A DNA stretch of 59,090 bases from Patescibacteria group bacterium (GCA_041662965.1 JBAZRI010000006.1:1-59090); one strand, 5' to 3'. Positions 16,009 through 26,057 are shown, counted from the stretch's first letter. Translations and numbers: made by a program. Notes: generated from the sequence alone by a model not told the origin.

Positions 16009-17073
16009 TTATTTTGTTATTATTTTTTCCAGCATAGCTGTTGACCTTTCCCAGGTGAACCCCCTAATTTTTTCATATCCGGCCAACGATAGCCTTGATA
16101 ATTTTTTCTCGTTTTCTATTAATTCAATTATTTTTTCCCCAATTTGATCTGGTTTATTTGGCGGCACTATTATAACAGTTTGTTCGTCAATAGCATAATC
16201 CCTGATCGCTCCCGTATCGGTAGAAATTACAGCGCACTTACACGCCATTGCCTCCATGGGTGGCAGGCCAAATCCTTCTTCGCGGCTGGGCCAAATAAAA
16301 ATATCGCTTTGACAGTAAAGTTTTCTTAGCTCTTCGGGGGTAGGCCGATAATAAAAATCGTAACCAGCTATTTCCGGTCCTGGCCGATAAGCTCCAAATA
16401 AAGTCAAACTAATCTCCGAATGCTTATCCTTGGCTATTAAAAAGGCTTTTAAACCGTCAAAAAATCCTTTTTTCTCAAGCACATGATACATCATCAAGAT
16501 TTTCTTCGCGGTATTGATCTTTTTGTTTTCATTAAAAAATTGTTCCGTATCGATTCCGTTGGGTACTACACCGCAAACTTGCTCATGGAATCTTGTTTCT
16601 GCTAATTTCTTCAACCGCTGGGCAATAACAATTTTTTTTAATGGCATTCTCCAGGTCGAGTCAACCAGTTCTTTATTCCTGGTCCAAATTTCATAATCCT
16701 GAATAAAATAAAATTTTTTCCCCTTACTTTGAGGATAGGCTGCCAACCAATCTGCTGTCTCGTTTGCCGTAGCTATAGTAACGTCCGTATCGGGCACATT
16801 CTCTGCTGCAAGATTTTCAATTCTTATAATTTTTACCATTGGATCAAGCTTAAACCAATCCGGCCTGTCCTTGCCACTCATTACTTTTATCCTGTATTTT
16901 AACAGTTTTAAAAAACCTAAAAGCTTTTCTTTTACAGAAGCATCTTTATTCAAAACAAAAGGACTGATAATTGTTACTTCGTGCCCCAAAAAATTCAGGT
17001 TATTAGCGTGAGCAAAAATCACCTTTATGCCTCCGGTCAAACCTGTCGTAGGGACAAGAAAATTAATTTTCAT
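16009..17073 (-). CDS. glycosyltransferase family 4 (GT-B)
   Basis: EGFGLPPMEAMACKCAVISTDTG motif of Glycos_transf_1. Confidence 0.8.
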   Translation of the reverse strand: MKINFLVPTTGLTGGIKVIFAHANNLNFLGHEVTIISPFVLNKDASVKEKLLGFLKLLKYRIKVMSGKDRPDWFKLDPMVKIIRIENLAAENVPDTDVTIATANETADWLAAYPQSKGKKFYFIQDYEIWTRNKELVDSTWRMPLKKIVIAQRLKKLAETRFHEQVCGVVPNGIDTEQFFNENKKINTAKKILMMYHVLEKKGFFDGLKAFLIAKDKHSEISLTLFGAYRPGPEIAGYDFYYRPTPEELRKLYCQSDIFIWPSREEGFGLPPMEAMACKCAVISTDTGAIRDYAIDEQTVIIVPPNKPDQIGEKIIELIENEKKLSRLSLAGYEKIRGFTWERSTAMLEKIITK

Positions 17074-18070
17074 ATGGTTCTTTTTTTATCAGTACCGCAT
17101 TAAAATAAGAATCAAACAGCAAAAAAACAAATATTCTTAAATAATTAATAACTTTCATGACGGTTTGAATGTTTAGTGCTCTTAATATTATTTTATATAT
17201 TCCGCTCCGCGATTTTAAAGCTCTTGATATATTCTCGGGCAATAATATCTCATACTCAAACTTATTTTCCTTAAAAAACGTCTTCCATTCCCTTATTGAA
17301 TATCTTTTTTCGTTCATGCCGTCTTCCAGATCGGCTTTCGCTTGGCCCCTTTCCTTGGTCCCTATCATGCCCTGGCATGGTTCATTTAAAACTACCAATT
17401 TACCTCCGGATTTTAAGACCCTATATATCTCGGCTAAAGTCTTGCCGACGTCAGGACTATGATGAAGAGAAGCGCTGATTAAAACGAAATCAAAAACCAA
17501 ATCCTTAAAAGGCAGATTACTCATATCAGCTGAAATCCTTTCAAAATAGATATTTTTATTTTTTAAAAAAATATTGCCAGATTCTAACCCGTCTGGCGGC
17601 ATGGTAAGGATATCAAGCGCAATACAATAATTTTTTTCAGCCAGCCTGGCGGTTACCCAACAATTGCCCGCCCCTATCTCTAGAATTGTTTTATTTTCAA
17701 CATTTAAATATTTACTGAAGCTTAAAATAATATTTTCGCTGATTAATCGGCCAATTCTTTCCGTACGTAAGTCTATTCCCATTTTTTTTACATTAGGAAA
17801 ATTTAACACCCAACTATCATTCTTAAAATCTGATATTTTATTATCTTTTTTTACTTCTGTTTCATTGGCTTTTTTTTCCTTCTCCGCGGATTCACTTAAT
17901 TTTTCGTATAAATAAAGAATGCCTTTCGATATCAAAAAAATAGACCTGCAACTTTCACAAATCAAGCTACCGTCAATGATTGTTTTGTTTTCTGTTTTTG
18001 ATTCAACAAATTCAAGATCACTGCCTGAACAAACCGGACAATTTATATATTTTAATAATTCTTTGCGCAT
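17063..18070 (-). CDS. class I SAM-dependent methyltransferase with N-terminal Trm112-like zinc ribbon
   Basis: CPVCSG...CESC ribbon; ILEIGAGNCW SAM motif I; VLKSGGKLVV. Confidence 0.75.
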   Translation of the reverse strand: MRKELLKYINCPVCSGSDLEFVESKTENKTIIDGSLICESCRSIFLISKGILYLYEKLSESAEKEKKANETEVKKDNKISDFKNDSWVLNFPNVKKMGIDLRTERIGRLISENIILSFSKYLNVENKTILEIGAGNCWVTARLAEKNYCIALDILTMPPDGLESGNIFLKNKNIYFERISADMSNLPFKDLVFDFVLISASLHHSPDVGKTLAEIYRVLKSGGKLVVLNEPCQGMIGTKERGQAKADLEDGMNEKRYSIREWKTFFKENKFEYEILLPENISRALKSRSGIYKIILRALNIQTVMKVINYLRIFVFLLFDSYFNAVLIKKEPYEN

Positions 18071-18078
18071 AGTTGCTA

Positions 18079-19092
18079 CTACATATATTTTTCAATTTCA
18101 TTAATACCAACTCTAATTTTCAACTGCTCTCGCCTCTTTTTTATTTCCGACGACAGACTCCATAATTTTATAAATTCTTTTAACAAATATTGTTCAAGCA
18201 ATAAGACAAAAACTAAACTTTTGATTTGATACCACCATGTCGCCGATTTAACCCGCCAGGAGATGGGCAGGTTTTTATATTTTACTAACAATATCCAATG
18301 ATTTAAATAAGCCCATTTTTTAACTTGTTTATTTTTTTTAGCTCGATTTAATATAATTTGCCAATTACTCTCTCCAACCGGGGCTATCGAACGATGATGG
18401 TAGGCGACGGCATTGGGGCTAAAAATGATTTTCCAGCCGGCTAAGCGCAAACGATAGGAAAGGTCGCAATCTTCTTTATACATAAACATCAACTCGTCAA
18501 AATATTCCGGATAATTCCCATTATCGTAAGCGACATCGCGAAGCGCTTTTAATCTTAGCATAACTGCGGCGCCGGTAAAACCAAATACTTCTTCGGAAGC
18601 GATTAAATCTTTTTTATCTTGCTCGCCTTGATGACAATCGGAAAAACGATGTTCAGGTGTGATAAAAATTCCATAGCTATCAATAATACCGGTTTTTTTA
18701 TTTTTAATAAAATCCCAATAAAGTATTTTTGGCGCGACCGCCCCGATTTTTTCATCGCTTTCCATAACCTCTAACATTTTTCCCGCCGCTTCCGGCTCTA
18801 AAACCATATCCGGATTCAGCGCTAAAAAATACTCCGCGCCGGCTTCAACCGCTTCTTTAATCATTAAATTAAAAGCTTTGGCAAAACCTAAATTTTTTCC
18901 GGCCCAGGTTAATTCAATTTCCGGAAAATTATTTTTTATATAAGCCGAATTGCCATTTTTTTCTTCTTCGCTGTTATCAACGGCTAAAATTTTAAAATCT
19001 TTAAAAGTCTGATTTCTAAGGCTTGGCAAAAAATACGGCAAATACTTTGCCGTGGATTCGCCGTAAGCTATAAAGCCGATATATAAACGCAT
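18079..19092 (-). CDS. glycosyltransferase family 2
   Basis: GT-A pattern (LAVDNSEE, NPDMV, KEDCDLSYR). Confidence 0.8.
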   Translation of the reverse strand: MRLYIGFIAYGESTAKYLPYFLPSLRNQTFKDFKILAVDNSEEEKNGNSAYIKNNFPEIELTWAGKNLGFAKAFNLMIKEAVEAGAEYFLALNPDMVLEPEAAGKMLEVMESDEKIGAVAPKILYWDFIKNKKTGIIDSYGIFITPEHRFSDCHQGEQDKKDLIASEEVFGFTGAAVMLRLKALRDVAYDNGNYPEYFDELMFMYKEDCDLSYRLRLAGWKIIFSPNAVAYHHRSIAPVGESNWQIILNRAKKNKQVKKWAYLNHWILLVKYKNLPISWRVKSATWWYQIKSLVFVLLLEQYLLKEFIKLWSLSSEIKKRREQLKIRVGINEIEKYM

Positions 19093-19103
19093 GCCTTTCT
19101 ATA

Positions 19104-19898
19104 TTACAATCTTTTTTTAGCTAAATTTTTTAATTCTTCGTTAAATTTTACGATGGCCTGATTGATTATCGGGTCGAATTTTTCGTATAATTTCTTTTCT
19201 TTAACGTATTGCCCGGCCTCCAAAAGCGAATCGAACGTGCCGGCGTCCAGCCATTTGCCTTTCACCAAGCCGACTTCCAGCTCGCCTTTTTCCAAATACC
19301 AATTATGCAAATCAACTATCTCTATCTCACCGCGAGCGCTCGGCTTAACTTGTTTAGCCGCTTTTACTACCCTGTTATCATAAATATACAGGCCGGGGAT
19401 GATATAATCGCTGACCCATTCTTTAGGCTTTTCCACGATCTTTACCGCTTTCATCTTATCGTCAAACACCACCACGCCCGACCGTTCCGGATCCGGTACT
19501 TTAACCGCGAATACTTTGCCGCCGCTCTTGAATTTTTTTATGTCTTCGGAAAAATCATCTTCAAAAATATTATCGCCTAAAATCATAGTTACATTATCCT
19601 CGCCGATAAAATTTTCACCAACGATAAAAGCGTCAGCCAAGCCGCGGGGCGTTTTCTGCACTTTAAATTCCAAGCGGATATCGTTTTTTTCAAAAATAGA
19701 GCCTAAGAGATTCAAAAAAAGGCCGGAATGCTCCGGAGAAATAATTATCAATATATCCCTTATGCCGGCCTTCACCAAAACATTCAACGGATAAAAAATC
19801 ATCTGACGATCATAAATCGGCAAAAGCTGCTTTGAGGTTGTGGCCGTTAAAGGAAACAAGCGAGTAGCCGTTCCTCCGGCTAAAATAATTCCGCGCAT
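19104..19898 (-). CDS. rfbA: glucose-1-phosphate thymidylyltransferase (short form)
   Basis: MRGIILAGGTATRLFPLTATTSKQLLPIYDRQMIFYPL closely follows the RmlA N-terminus. Confidence 0.8.
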   Translation of the reverse strand: MRGIILAGGTATRLFPLTATTSKQLLPIYDRQMIFYPLNVLVKAGIRDILIIISPEHSGLFLNLLGSIFEKNDIRLEFKVQKTPRGLADAFIVGENFIGEDNVTMILGDNIFEDDFSEDIKKFKSGGKVFAVKVPDPERSGVVVFDDKMKAVKIVEKPKEWVSDYIIPGLYIYDNRVVKAAKQVKPSARGEIEIVDLHNWYLEKGELEVGLVKGKWLDAGTFDSLLEAGQYVKEKKLYEKFDPIINQAIVKFNEELKNLAKKRL

Positions 19899-19937
19899 AA
19901 TAATATAAGTTTAAAATTTAAATTTAAAATTTGATTT

Positions 19938-20807
19938 TTACATTTTACATTTTTCAAGGTATTCTTCTAAGGCCTCCCGATAATCTCTTAACGGCGGCAA
20001 TTTGGTATTTAATAATACCGAATACTTAGGCCTTTTCGCCGGACGAGCCAGTTTTTCGCCGGTTACGGCTTTCACTTCAGCTTTAATCCCGGCCAGCTTG
20101 AATAATTCTAACGCCGCCTCATGCCAAGTGCAGGCTCCGCTATTAGTTATATGATATATGCCGTAGCCGCTGTTTTTATCAACCAATTCTTTAGTGGCTT
20201 GAGCTAAATCGGGCGTATAAGTAAAACAGCTTAGTTCTTCGTCAACCACTTCAAGTATCGGCTTAATTCGCGCTTTCTCCAGCATAATATCAAAAAAACT
20301 CGGCTTAGCCATTTCACTTTTTCCTTTAGGCCCGAATAATTTTGACGTCCTGATTAAATACCACTTCAGCCCTGAACCGCTTAATTCCAAAATCCTTTTT
20401 TCGCCGTGGAATTTAGTTTTGCCGTAGCGGTTAACCGGCCTCGGTTCTTCAGTCTCAATATAGCCGCTTTCCCGAGCTCCGTCAAAAACATAATCGGTTG
20501 AATAATGCACGAGCGTAGCGCCGATACGCAAGCAGGCTTCGGCTAAAAATTTAGGACCGTCAATATTTATTTTTTTCGCCAGCTCGTATTCTTCGTCATC
20601 AGCCTCGCATTTATCAACCGCGTTATAGGCCGCGGCATTAATTACCAATTCCGGCTTAACATCGGCTAATTTTTTTAGTATCAACTCCCGGTCGCTTACG
20701 TCAATTTCTCCCCTATCCCAAGCGATAACTTCATTACCAACCGCAAACACTTTTACTAATTGTTGGCCTAAATTTCCTTTAGCGCCTAAAATTAATATTT
20801 TTGCCAT
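19938..20807 (-). CDS. rfbD: dTDP-4-dehydrorhamnose reductase
   Basis: Start set to MAKILILGAKGNLG (Rossmann GxxGxxG). The 18 upstream codons of the track ORF are translated repeat sequence (CFVV...). Confidence 0.85.
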   Translation of the reverse strand: MAKILILGAKGNLGQQLVKVFAVGNEVIAWDRGEIDVSDRELILKKLADVKPELVINAAAYNAVDKCEADDEEYELAKKINIDGPKFLAEACLRIGATLVHYSTDYVFDGARESGYIETEEPRPVNRYGKTKFHGEKRILELSGSGLKWYLIRTSKLFGPKGKSEMAKPSFFDIMLEKARIKPILEVVDEELSCFTYTPDLAQATKELVDKNSGYGIYHITNSGACTWHEAALELFKLAGIKAEVKAVTGEKLARPAKRPKYSVLLNTKLPPLRDYREALEEYLEKCKM

Positions 20808-20815
20808 ATTTTTAA

Positions 20816-20970
20816 TGTCATTGCGAGGAGTCCGTACTCGGACGACGAAGCAATCTAACAAATTATAAACTTTTTTCTAAACTTGTCATCCGTGAGCCTA
20901 CCTGCCTACCGGCCTGCCTGCCGGTAGGCAGGTAGGCAGGCTTCGCTTCTTACAGAAGCTCGCAATGACA
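20816..20970. repeat. MITE-like palindromic element (tgtcattgcgag family) with nested GC palindrome
   Basis: Termini are tgtcattgcgaggag...gacgaagcaatct and gcttcgct...gctcgcaatgaca; the centre carries cctgcctaccgg...ccggtaggcagg. Confidence 0.7.
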
Positions 20971-20971
20971 A

Positions 20972-21691
20972 TCAGGATAAATCTAAAATTTTTTCTAAAT
21001 ACTTTTTAACCTCCAACTGTCGCTTAAGCGGATTTTCCAATTCTATGCTGATTATATCCGCCAGATAATCTTTATATTTTTTAACATAGTCAAGCTCGCT
21101 TAAATCGGCTAAATCATGGCTGTCGTAACTATAAAAATCCTGCTTACTTGACTTATCATAATAATGAATTTTTTCCGGCTTAACCGCCGCAATATGGTTG
21201 CAGCCAATTTTATGCTCTTGGCCGAATTTTTTTAATTTAATATTTTCGCTTCCGTTTTCACCCTCCGATAATACTAGCGCCTGCCAATGCGACAGATCAA
21301 AACATAGGCCGGCATATCTTTTCAAATCATTCTCTGTCGGCGTGTTACTTACAGTATTTTCAACATAAATTTTTTCAAAATAATTCTTATAATCCCGAGT
21401 TGATTTATAAAAATCATTTTCCGAATGCACGTTAAAAACTTCTGTTCCGTATTTATTTGTCAAATAATCCAATTCCTCAAGTTTCATATCATCTCTTAAA
21501 TGAACATGCGGAATTTTTTTCAAACCGGTTTTTTCTAATAAATCATAAAGTTCACGACGCTCTTCTGCGTTAAGGGAAGTAGGGAATAAAGCGATTTCTT
21601 TAAGGCCTAATTCATCAATTTCTCTAACTTTATTTTTCCATTTGCCCGGCGTCCTCGTGGTTAGCCCTGGCAAAATTTTCTTATTTGCCAT
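20972..21691 (-). CDS. hypothetical protein, possibly a TIM-barrel sugar isomerase/epimerase-like enzyme
   Basis: 239-aa ORF overlapping the rmlB stop by 11 nt. Scattered His/Asp/Glu pattern only; no firm motif. Confidence 0.35.
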   Translation of the reverse strand: MANKKILPGLTTRTPGKWKNKVREIDELGLKEIALFPTSLNAEERRELYDLLEKTGLKKIPHVHLRDDMKLEELDYLTNKYGTEVFNVHSENDFYKSTRDYKNYFEKIYVENTVSNTPTENDLKRYAGLCFDLSHWQALVLSEGENGSENIKLKKFGQEHKIGCNHIAAVKPEKIHYYDKSSKQDFYSYDSHDLADLSELDYVKKYKDYLADIISIELENPLKRQLEVKKYLEKILDLS

Positions 21692-22685
21692 ATTGTTTTT
21701 TATAATATTCCAAATATTCCCCGCTTTTTATATTCTGCCACCAAGCTTGATTATTTTTATACCAATCTATGGTTTTTCCCAGACCTTCGTCAAAATTAAC
21801 AGCCGGCTCCCAGTCCAACTCGTTTTTAGCCTTAGAATAATCTATAGCGTAGCGCAGGTCATGGCCCGGCCGGTCGGAAACGTATTCAATCATCTCTTCG
21901 CCCCGATCCATTAATTTTAAAATTTTTCTGGTCAATTCCAAATTAGTTAATTCGCTGGCTCCGCCCAAGCAATAAGTTTCGCCTATCCGGCCTTTATTAA
22001 TTATGGCGTCAACGCCGGCGTTGTGGTCACCAACATAAATCCAGTCGCGGATATTATTGCCCCGGCCATAAACCGGCACTTTTTTATTTTCCAGCAAGTT
22101 TGTTATGAATAATGGTATTACTTTTTCCGGAAATTGGTACGGGCCATAATTATTTGAACAATTGGAAATCGTAACCGGCAGCTTATGCGTATGCCAATAA
22201 GCGCGCGCCAGATGGTCTGAAGCCGCTTTAGAGGCGCTATATGGGCTTCTTGGATCGTAAGCGGTCTTTTCATTAAAAGCCGGGCCGGCCATGCCTAAAG
22301 CGCCGAAAACTTCATCCGTAGAAATATGGTGAAATCTTATTTTACCGTTATTTTTAGCCGCGTCCAATAAAATTCGCGTGCCTTCCACGTTAGTTCTTAT
22401 AAAATCGCCGCAATCTATAATAGAGCGGTCAACATGCGACTCGGCCGCGAAATGCACGATTAAATCAACGCCCTTAACAATCTGGTTGACTAAACCAGCG
22501 TCGCAAATATCGCCTTTAATGAACTTATAATTTTTATTATTTTCCAAATCGCGTAAATTTTTCAAATTGCCGGCGTAAGTCAAGGCATCCAGATTGACAA
22601 GGCTGTCAGACGGATATTTCTTCAGCCAATAGTGTATAAAATTGGAACCGATAAACCCGGCTCCGCCGGTTATAAGTATCTTCAT
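21681..22685 (-). CDS. rfbB: dTDP-glucose 4,6-dehydratase
   Basis: MKILITGGAGFIGSNF, YSASKAASDH (YxxxK), extended SDR. Confidence 0.92.
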   Translation of the reverse strand: MKILITGGAGFIGSNFIHYWLKKYPSDSLVNLDALTYAGNLKNLRDLENNKNYKFIKGDICDAGLVNQIVKGVDLIVHFAAESHVDRSIIDCGDFIRTNVEGTRILLDAAKNNGKIRFHHISTDEVFGALGMAGPAFNEKTAYDPRSPYSASKAASDHLARAYWHTHKLPVTISNCSNNYGPYQFPEKVIPLFITNLLENKKVPVYGRGNNIRDWIYVGDHNAGVDAIINKGRIGETYCLGGASELTNLELTRKILKLMDRGEEMIEYVSDRPGHDLRYAIDYSKAKNELDWEPAVNFDEGLGKTIDWYKNNQAWWQNIKSGEYLEYYKKQYGK

Positions 22686-22688
22686 ATT

Positions 22689-23492
22689 TTACTCTTTAAT
22701 TTTCGCTAAAGTATTCGCGTATTTAGCTTTAAAATCATTTTTTATGGTATTATAAGGTTTTTTAAAAAATATGGTGGAGAAATAATTTATGGCATAGAGC
22801 CAGCCGGTTTTGGCGATGCCGTCTTTCTCTAGTCTCCTGCCGGAAGCGTAAATCGGCAAATCAAAAGTGAATTTAACGCCGCCGGCTTTTATCAAGCGCC
22901 TAGCCAAATCAGCGTCTTCTCCCCAAAAATCAAAATTAGAATTAAAACCGCCGATGGCTTCTAAGGCCGCGCGCTTAACCACGAAATTTCCGCCCTGGAG
23001 CATTGAGCCGACCCCGAGGATATAGCGATTAATAAGATAAATAAAAAAACCGGCGTAATAAAAAGTTTTAACGGCCGCGCGCGCGTTTTTTGATAAATCA
23101 TAATAAATAAACGGGCCGCTTAAAGCCACGAGCTTATCATTTTTGGAAAATTCCTCAAATACTTTATCAAGCCAGCCCGGAGTCATTCTGGTATCGGCGT
23201 CAATATTAGCGACCAGTTCGCCGGTTGACGCTAAATAACCGGCGCGGCGCGCTTTCACCAAGCCTTTATCAGGCTCGTCAACCAGTTTAACCTGGGGAAA
23301 TGAAGCGATAATTTCCCTGGTTTTATCGGTTGAAGCGTTATTAACCACCACGACTTCCATATCATAATTTCTGCCGTTCATTTCCGCTAAAATTGAATTC
23401 AAACAGCCGCCGATGCGGGCCTCTTCGTTATAAGCCGGAATAACTACGCTTAATTTCACCCCGTTAGAAATTATGTTATTTTCTTTAGGCAT
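22689..23492 (-). CDS. glycosyltransferase family 2
   Basis: LSVVIPAYNEE, IDADT, GEDADLARR motifs. Confidence 0.8.
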   Translation of the reverse strand: MPKENNIISNGVKLSVVIPAYNEEARIGGCLNSILAEMNGRNYDMEVVVVNNASTDKTREIIASFPQVKLVDEPDKGLVKARRAGYLASTGELVANIDADTRMTPGWLDKVFEEFSKNDKLVALSGPFIYYDLSKNARAAVKTFYYAGFFIYLINRYILGVGSMLQGGNFVVKRAALEAIGGFNSNFDFWGEDADLARRLIKAGGVKFTFDLPIYASGRRLEKDGIAKTGWLYAINYFSTIFFKKPYNTIKNDFKAKYANTLAKIKE

Positions 23493-23538
23493 ACCTTTTT
23501 ATAAATTACCCTCGTTATCTTAATTATTTCTAACGGGG
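23459..23538 (-). promoter_or_regulatory. start-codon-enclosing hairpin (ccccgttagaa / ttctaacgggg family)
   Basis: 13-nt arms 23459-23471 and 23526-23538 with a 54-nt loop that contains the ATG of the GT2 gene. Same arms and a 53-nt loop occur at 57956-58034. Confidence 0.45.
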
Positions 23539-23560
23539 TGAATAAATTTTTAATAATAAA

Positions 23561-24781
23561 TTATTTCTCAATGTCTTTTGTACTTTCCATCGGCGTGCGT
23601 AAATAACTAATTAATTTGCTAAATTGCGATGGTCCGTTTGCCTTACCGCGCGCTCCTCGTAAAATCATTTTTCTTTCTCCACCGCCCTTGCGCATGCCGA
23701 ATCTGGCTTCGGGAAACGGCGTTAGTTTATCTAAAATTTTTCCTTTTAAATCCTTAGGCGGCTCGTCAATAGCTTCATATAAGCCAACGGCTGAAGGCAA
23801 CTTCAATCCCCGCTTTTTAAAATCAAGCATCATATGTTTAAACTGCTTGAAAAAAACATCATAAAAATAACGCTGAGCTTTTTCTCCGCCCCAGGGAAAT
23901 TTTGTCGGCATGCCGGTCTCGCCCATTTCATAATCTTTACCCCAAGTGGCTATTTCTTCAAAAACTTCTTTCAATAAATCAAATTGCCTAACCAGTTGTT
24001 TAAATATTTCTTTAGTCGGCGGCCAGCTTAAGCTAAGTTGCTTTTTTATATTCTCCATAGGGTAATGCCAGGTGCCGGGATAATAATCAATCACGATTTT
24101 ATCAAAATAATCTTTAACTTCTTTAAACTTCGGCAGAAAGTCTTTAATGTCTTCGCCGGCTAGTTTGGCTAAATTACCGGCGACTAAAGTAGCGCTTAAT
24201 TTTAAATCAGGATTATATTCTTTAAAAACTTCCTTGGTAATCCGGCACATCTCCGGCATATCTTCAACCGCCACCGGCGTATAAACTTTATTATTCAATT
24301 CATTTAAAATTTGAATCGTAATCACTTTTTTGCCGCCGGCATGCTCTAGGCCGTTTTTTACTTCTTCGGCGTATTTTCTGAATTCGTTATAAAATTCTTC
24401 TTTTTTGCCTTCTTTGTAAAGCTTTATCGCCCACTCGGGCGGATTAGATAAAATAATAATCGGCGCTTTTAGGCCGGCTTCTTCTTGGGCGAGTTTAGCG
24501 TCTTCATATCTTCCTAGAAGGTCCTTATTAAATTCTCCGGGTTTATTTTCTAACTTGCCCCAATGCCAATCATATCTGACTCGATCCACGCCATCGCTAG
24601 CCACGTCTTCATATAATTTTCTTAAATTTTCAGGGCTGCCAGTACCGGGATTATCGGGGCTATGGTCAGTGACAAAAACATCAATATCAAATTTACCCTC
24701 TCTTTCGGCTTTGGCTTCGTCTTTTTCTTTATTTTCAGGCAATTTTACATTTCCAAGCTTATCCAAAAACATTTCTTGCAT
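23561..24781 (-). CDS. hypothetical protein, possible clan GH-A-like TIM-barrel glycoside hydrolase
   Basis: RYDWHW, ILNELNN (candidate acid/base NE) and MGETG (candidate nucleophile) spaced as in GH-A enzymes. No signal peptide. Weak call. Confidence 0.3.
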   Translation of the reverse strand: MQEMFLDKLGNVKLPENKEKDEAKAEREGKFDIDVFVTDHSPDNPGTGSPENLRKLYEDVASDGVDRVRYDWHWGKLENKPGEFNKDLLGRYEDAKLAQEEAGLKAPIIILSNPPEWAIKLYKEGKKEEFYNEFRKYAEEVKNGLEHAGGKKVITIQILNELNNKVYTPVAVEDMPEMCRITKEVFKEYNPDLKLSATLVAGNLAKLAGEDIKDFLPKFKEVKDYFDKIVIDYYPGTWHYPMENIKKQLSLSWPPTKEIFKQLVRQFDLLKEVFEEIATWGKDYEMGETGMPTKFPWGGEKAQRYFYDVFFKQFKHMMLDFKKRGLKLPSAVGLYEAIDEPPKDLKGKILDKLTPFPEARFGMRKGGGERKMILRGARGKANGPSQFSKLISYLRTPMESTKDIEK

Positions 24782-24868
24782 ATTTTTTATTTAATTTTAG
24801 CTAAAATAAAAAATTATAGATCTAGTGATCTTATGCTTATTATACTACTATTATTATAATTTTCAAGC

Positions 24869-26053
24869 TTATTTTTTATAATTTTTTATAGTTTCGCTAT
24901 ATAATTTTTCCCACTCTTTAGCGATATTGGGCGCGGAAAACTGCCTGACATATTCAGCCGCGCCACGGCTCAATTTTTCCCGCAATTCGTTATTTTCTAA
25001 AAGTAAAATAAATTTCTCCGCCATAGATTTTTCATCGCCGGCTTTGACCACAAAACCATTTTTTTCATTAACATACTCGGGCAAAGCTCGCGCGTCAACC
25101 GCCACGGCCGGCAGGCCGCAGGCCATAGCCTGCATTAAAGTCAAACTTTGAGTTTCCGAAGTAGAAGCGATAGAAAAAACTTCCGCGGCTTGATATAATT
25201 TTGCCAAATCAATTTTACTTAAGGTGCCGAAAAATTTAACTTCTTTTTCAACGCCCAATTCTCGCGCCAGGCGCTTAAGCTCGTCTTCAAGCTGGCCCGA
25301 CCCGGCGATAGCTAAATTAATATCATTAATTTTTTCTTTTGCCAAAGCTACGGCTCTTATAAGTACCTCAATATTTTTTTCCAAAGACAAACGGCCGGCG
25401 TAAATAATAGTATTGTCGGATAAATTAAATTTTTTCTTATATTTCAGCTTTTCGCCGGACGGGCAGAAAGTATCAATATCAATCGGATTGGAAATAACTT
25501 TATGCGGCTTATTAAAATCATAAACCAGCATTTCTTTAAAAACCGACTGCGACGGCGCGGTTACGAAATCACAGCGGTTATAATACCAAACCGCGTAATC
25601 TAGGCTGGCCTTTTTTAAAAAATTAGGCCGAAACGGCACAAGTTTTATAAATTCCGAAATAGCGGTATGGTTAGTGCCGATTATGGGAAGCTTATTTAAT
25701 TTGGCCGCGGCCAGAGCTTTAAGGCCGACGCCGAAAAAAAGCTGGGTGTGAATTATGTCCGGCTTGAAATCCTTAAAAAAATTCGGCGATATTACGGGAA
25801 TAACTATTCTTGAATAATTGCTAATAAACGGCGCGGACGTAGAAAACAAGCGTTTAATTTTAATTTCTTTGCCAAGATCCAATTCTTCTTGATTGGCTAA
25901 ATTTAAAGCTTGATAATTTTTAGCCGAGTATTTTGGCACGTAAAAATTTATTCTATGCCCCAGTTCGGCCAGTTCTTTGGCCAGCGAAATAATTGAATCG
26001 GATATACCGCTTAGCTCCGGATAAAAATTATCGGAAAAAATAGCGATTTTCAT
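24869..26053 (-). CDS. glycosyltransferase family 4 (GT-B)
   Basis: ETQSLTLMQAMACGLPAVAVD motif; N-terminal Glyco_trans_4-like half. Confidence 0.8.
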   Translation of the reverse strand: MKIAIFSDNFYPELSGISDSIISLAKELAELGHRINFYVPKYSAKNYQALNLANQEELDLGKEIKIKRLFSTSAPFISNYSRIVIPVISPNFFKDFKPDIIHTQLFFGVGLKALAAAKLNKLPIIGTNHTAISEFIKLVPFRPNFLKKASLDYAVWYYNRCDFVTAPSQSVFKEMLVYDFNKPHKVISNPIDIDTFCPSGEKLKYKKKFNLSDNTIIYAGRLSLEKNIEVLIRAVALAKEKINDINLAIAGSGQLEDELKRLARELGVEKEVKFFGTLSKIDLAKLYQAAEVFSIASTSETQSLTLMQAMACGLPAVAVDARALPEYVNEKNGFVVKAGDEKSMAEKFILLLENNELREKLSRGAAEYVRQFSAPNIAKEWEKLYSETIKNYKK

Positions 26054-26057
26054 ATTT

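Noticed and set aside
20808-20861. N-terminal extension of rfbD (MLDCFVVRVRTPRNDIKN). The HIT gene has a similar extension at 27062-27088.
   Set aside because: These codons are translated tgtcattgcgag repeat sequence. The genuine Rossmann and HIT N-termini begin at the internal Met.
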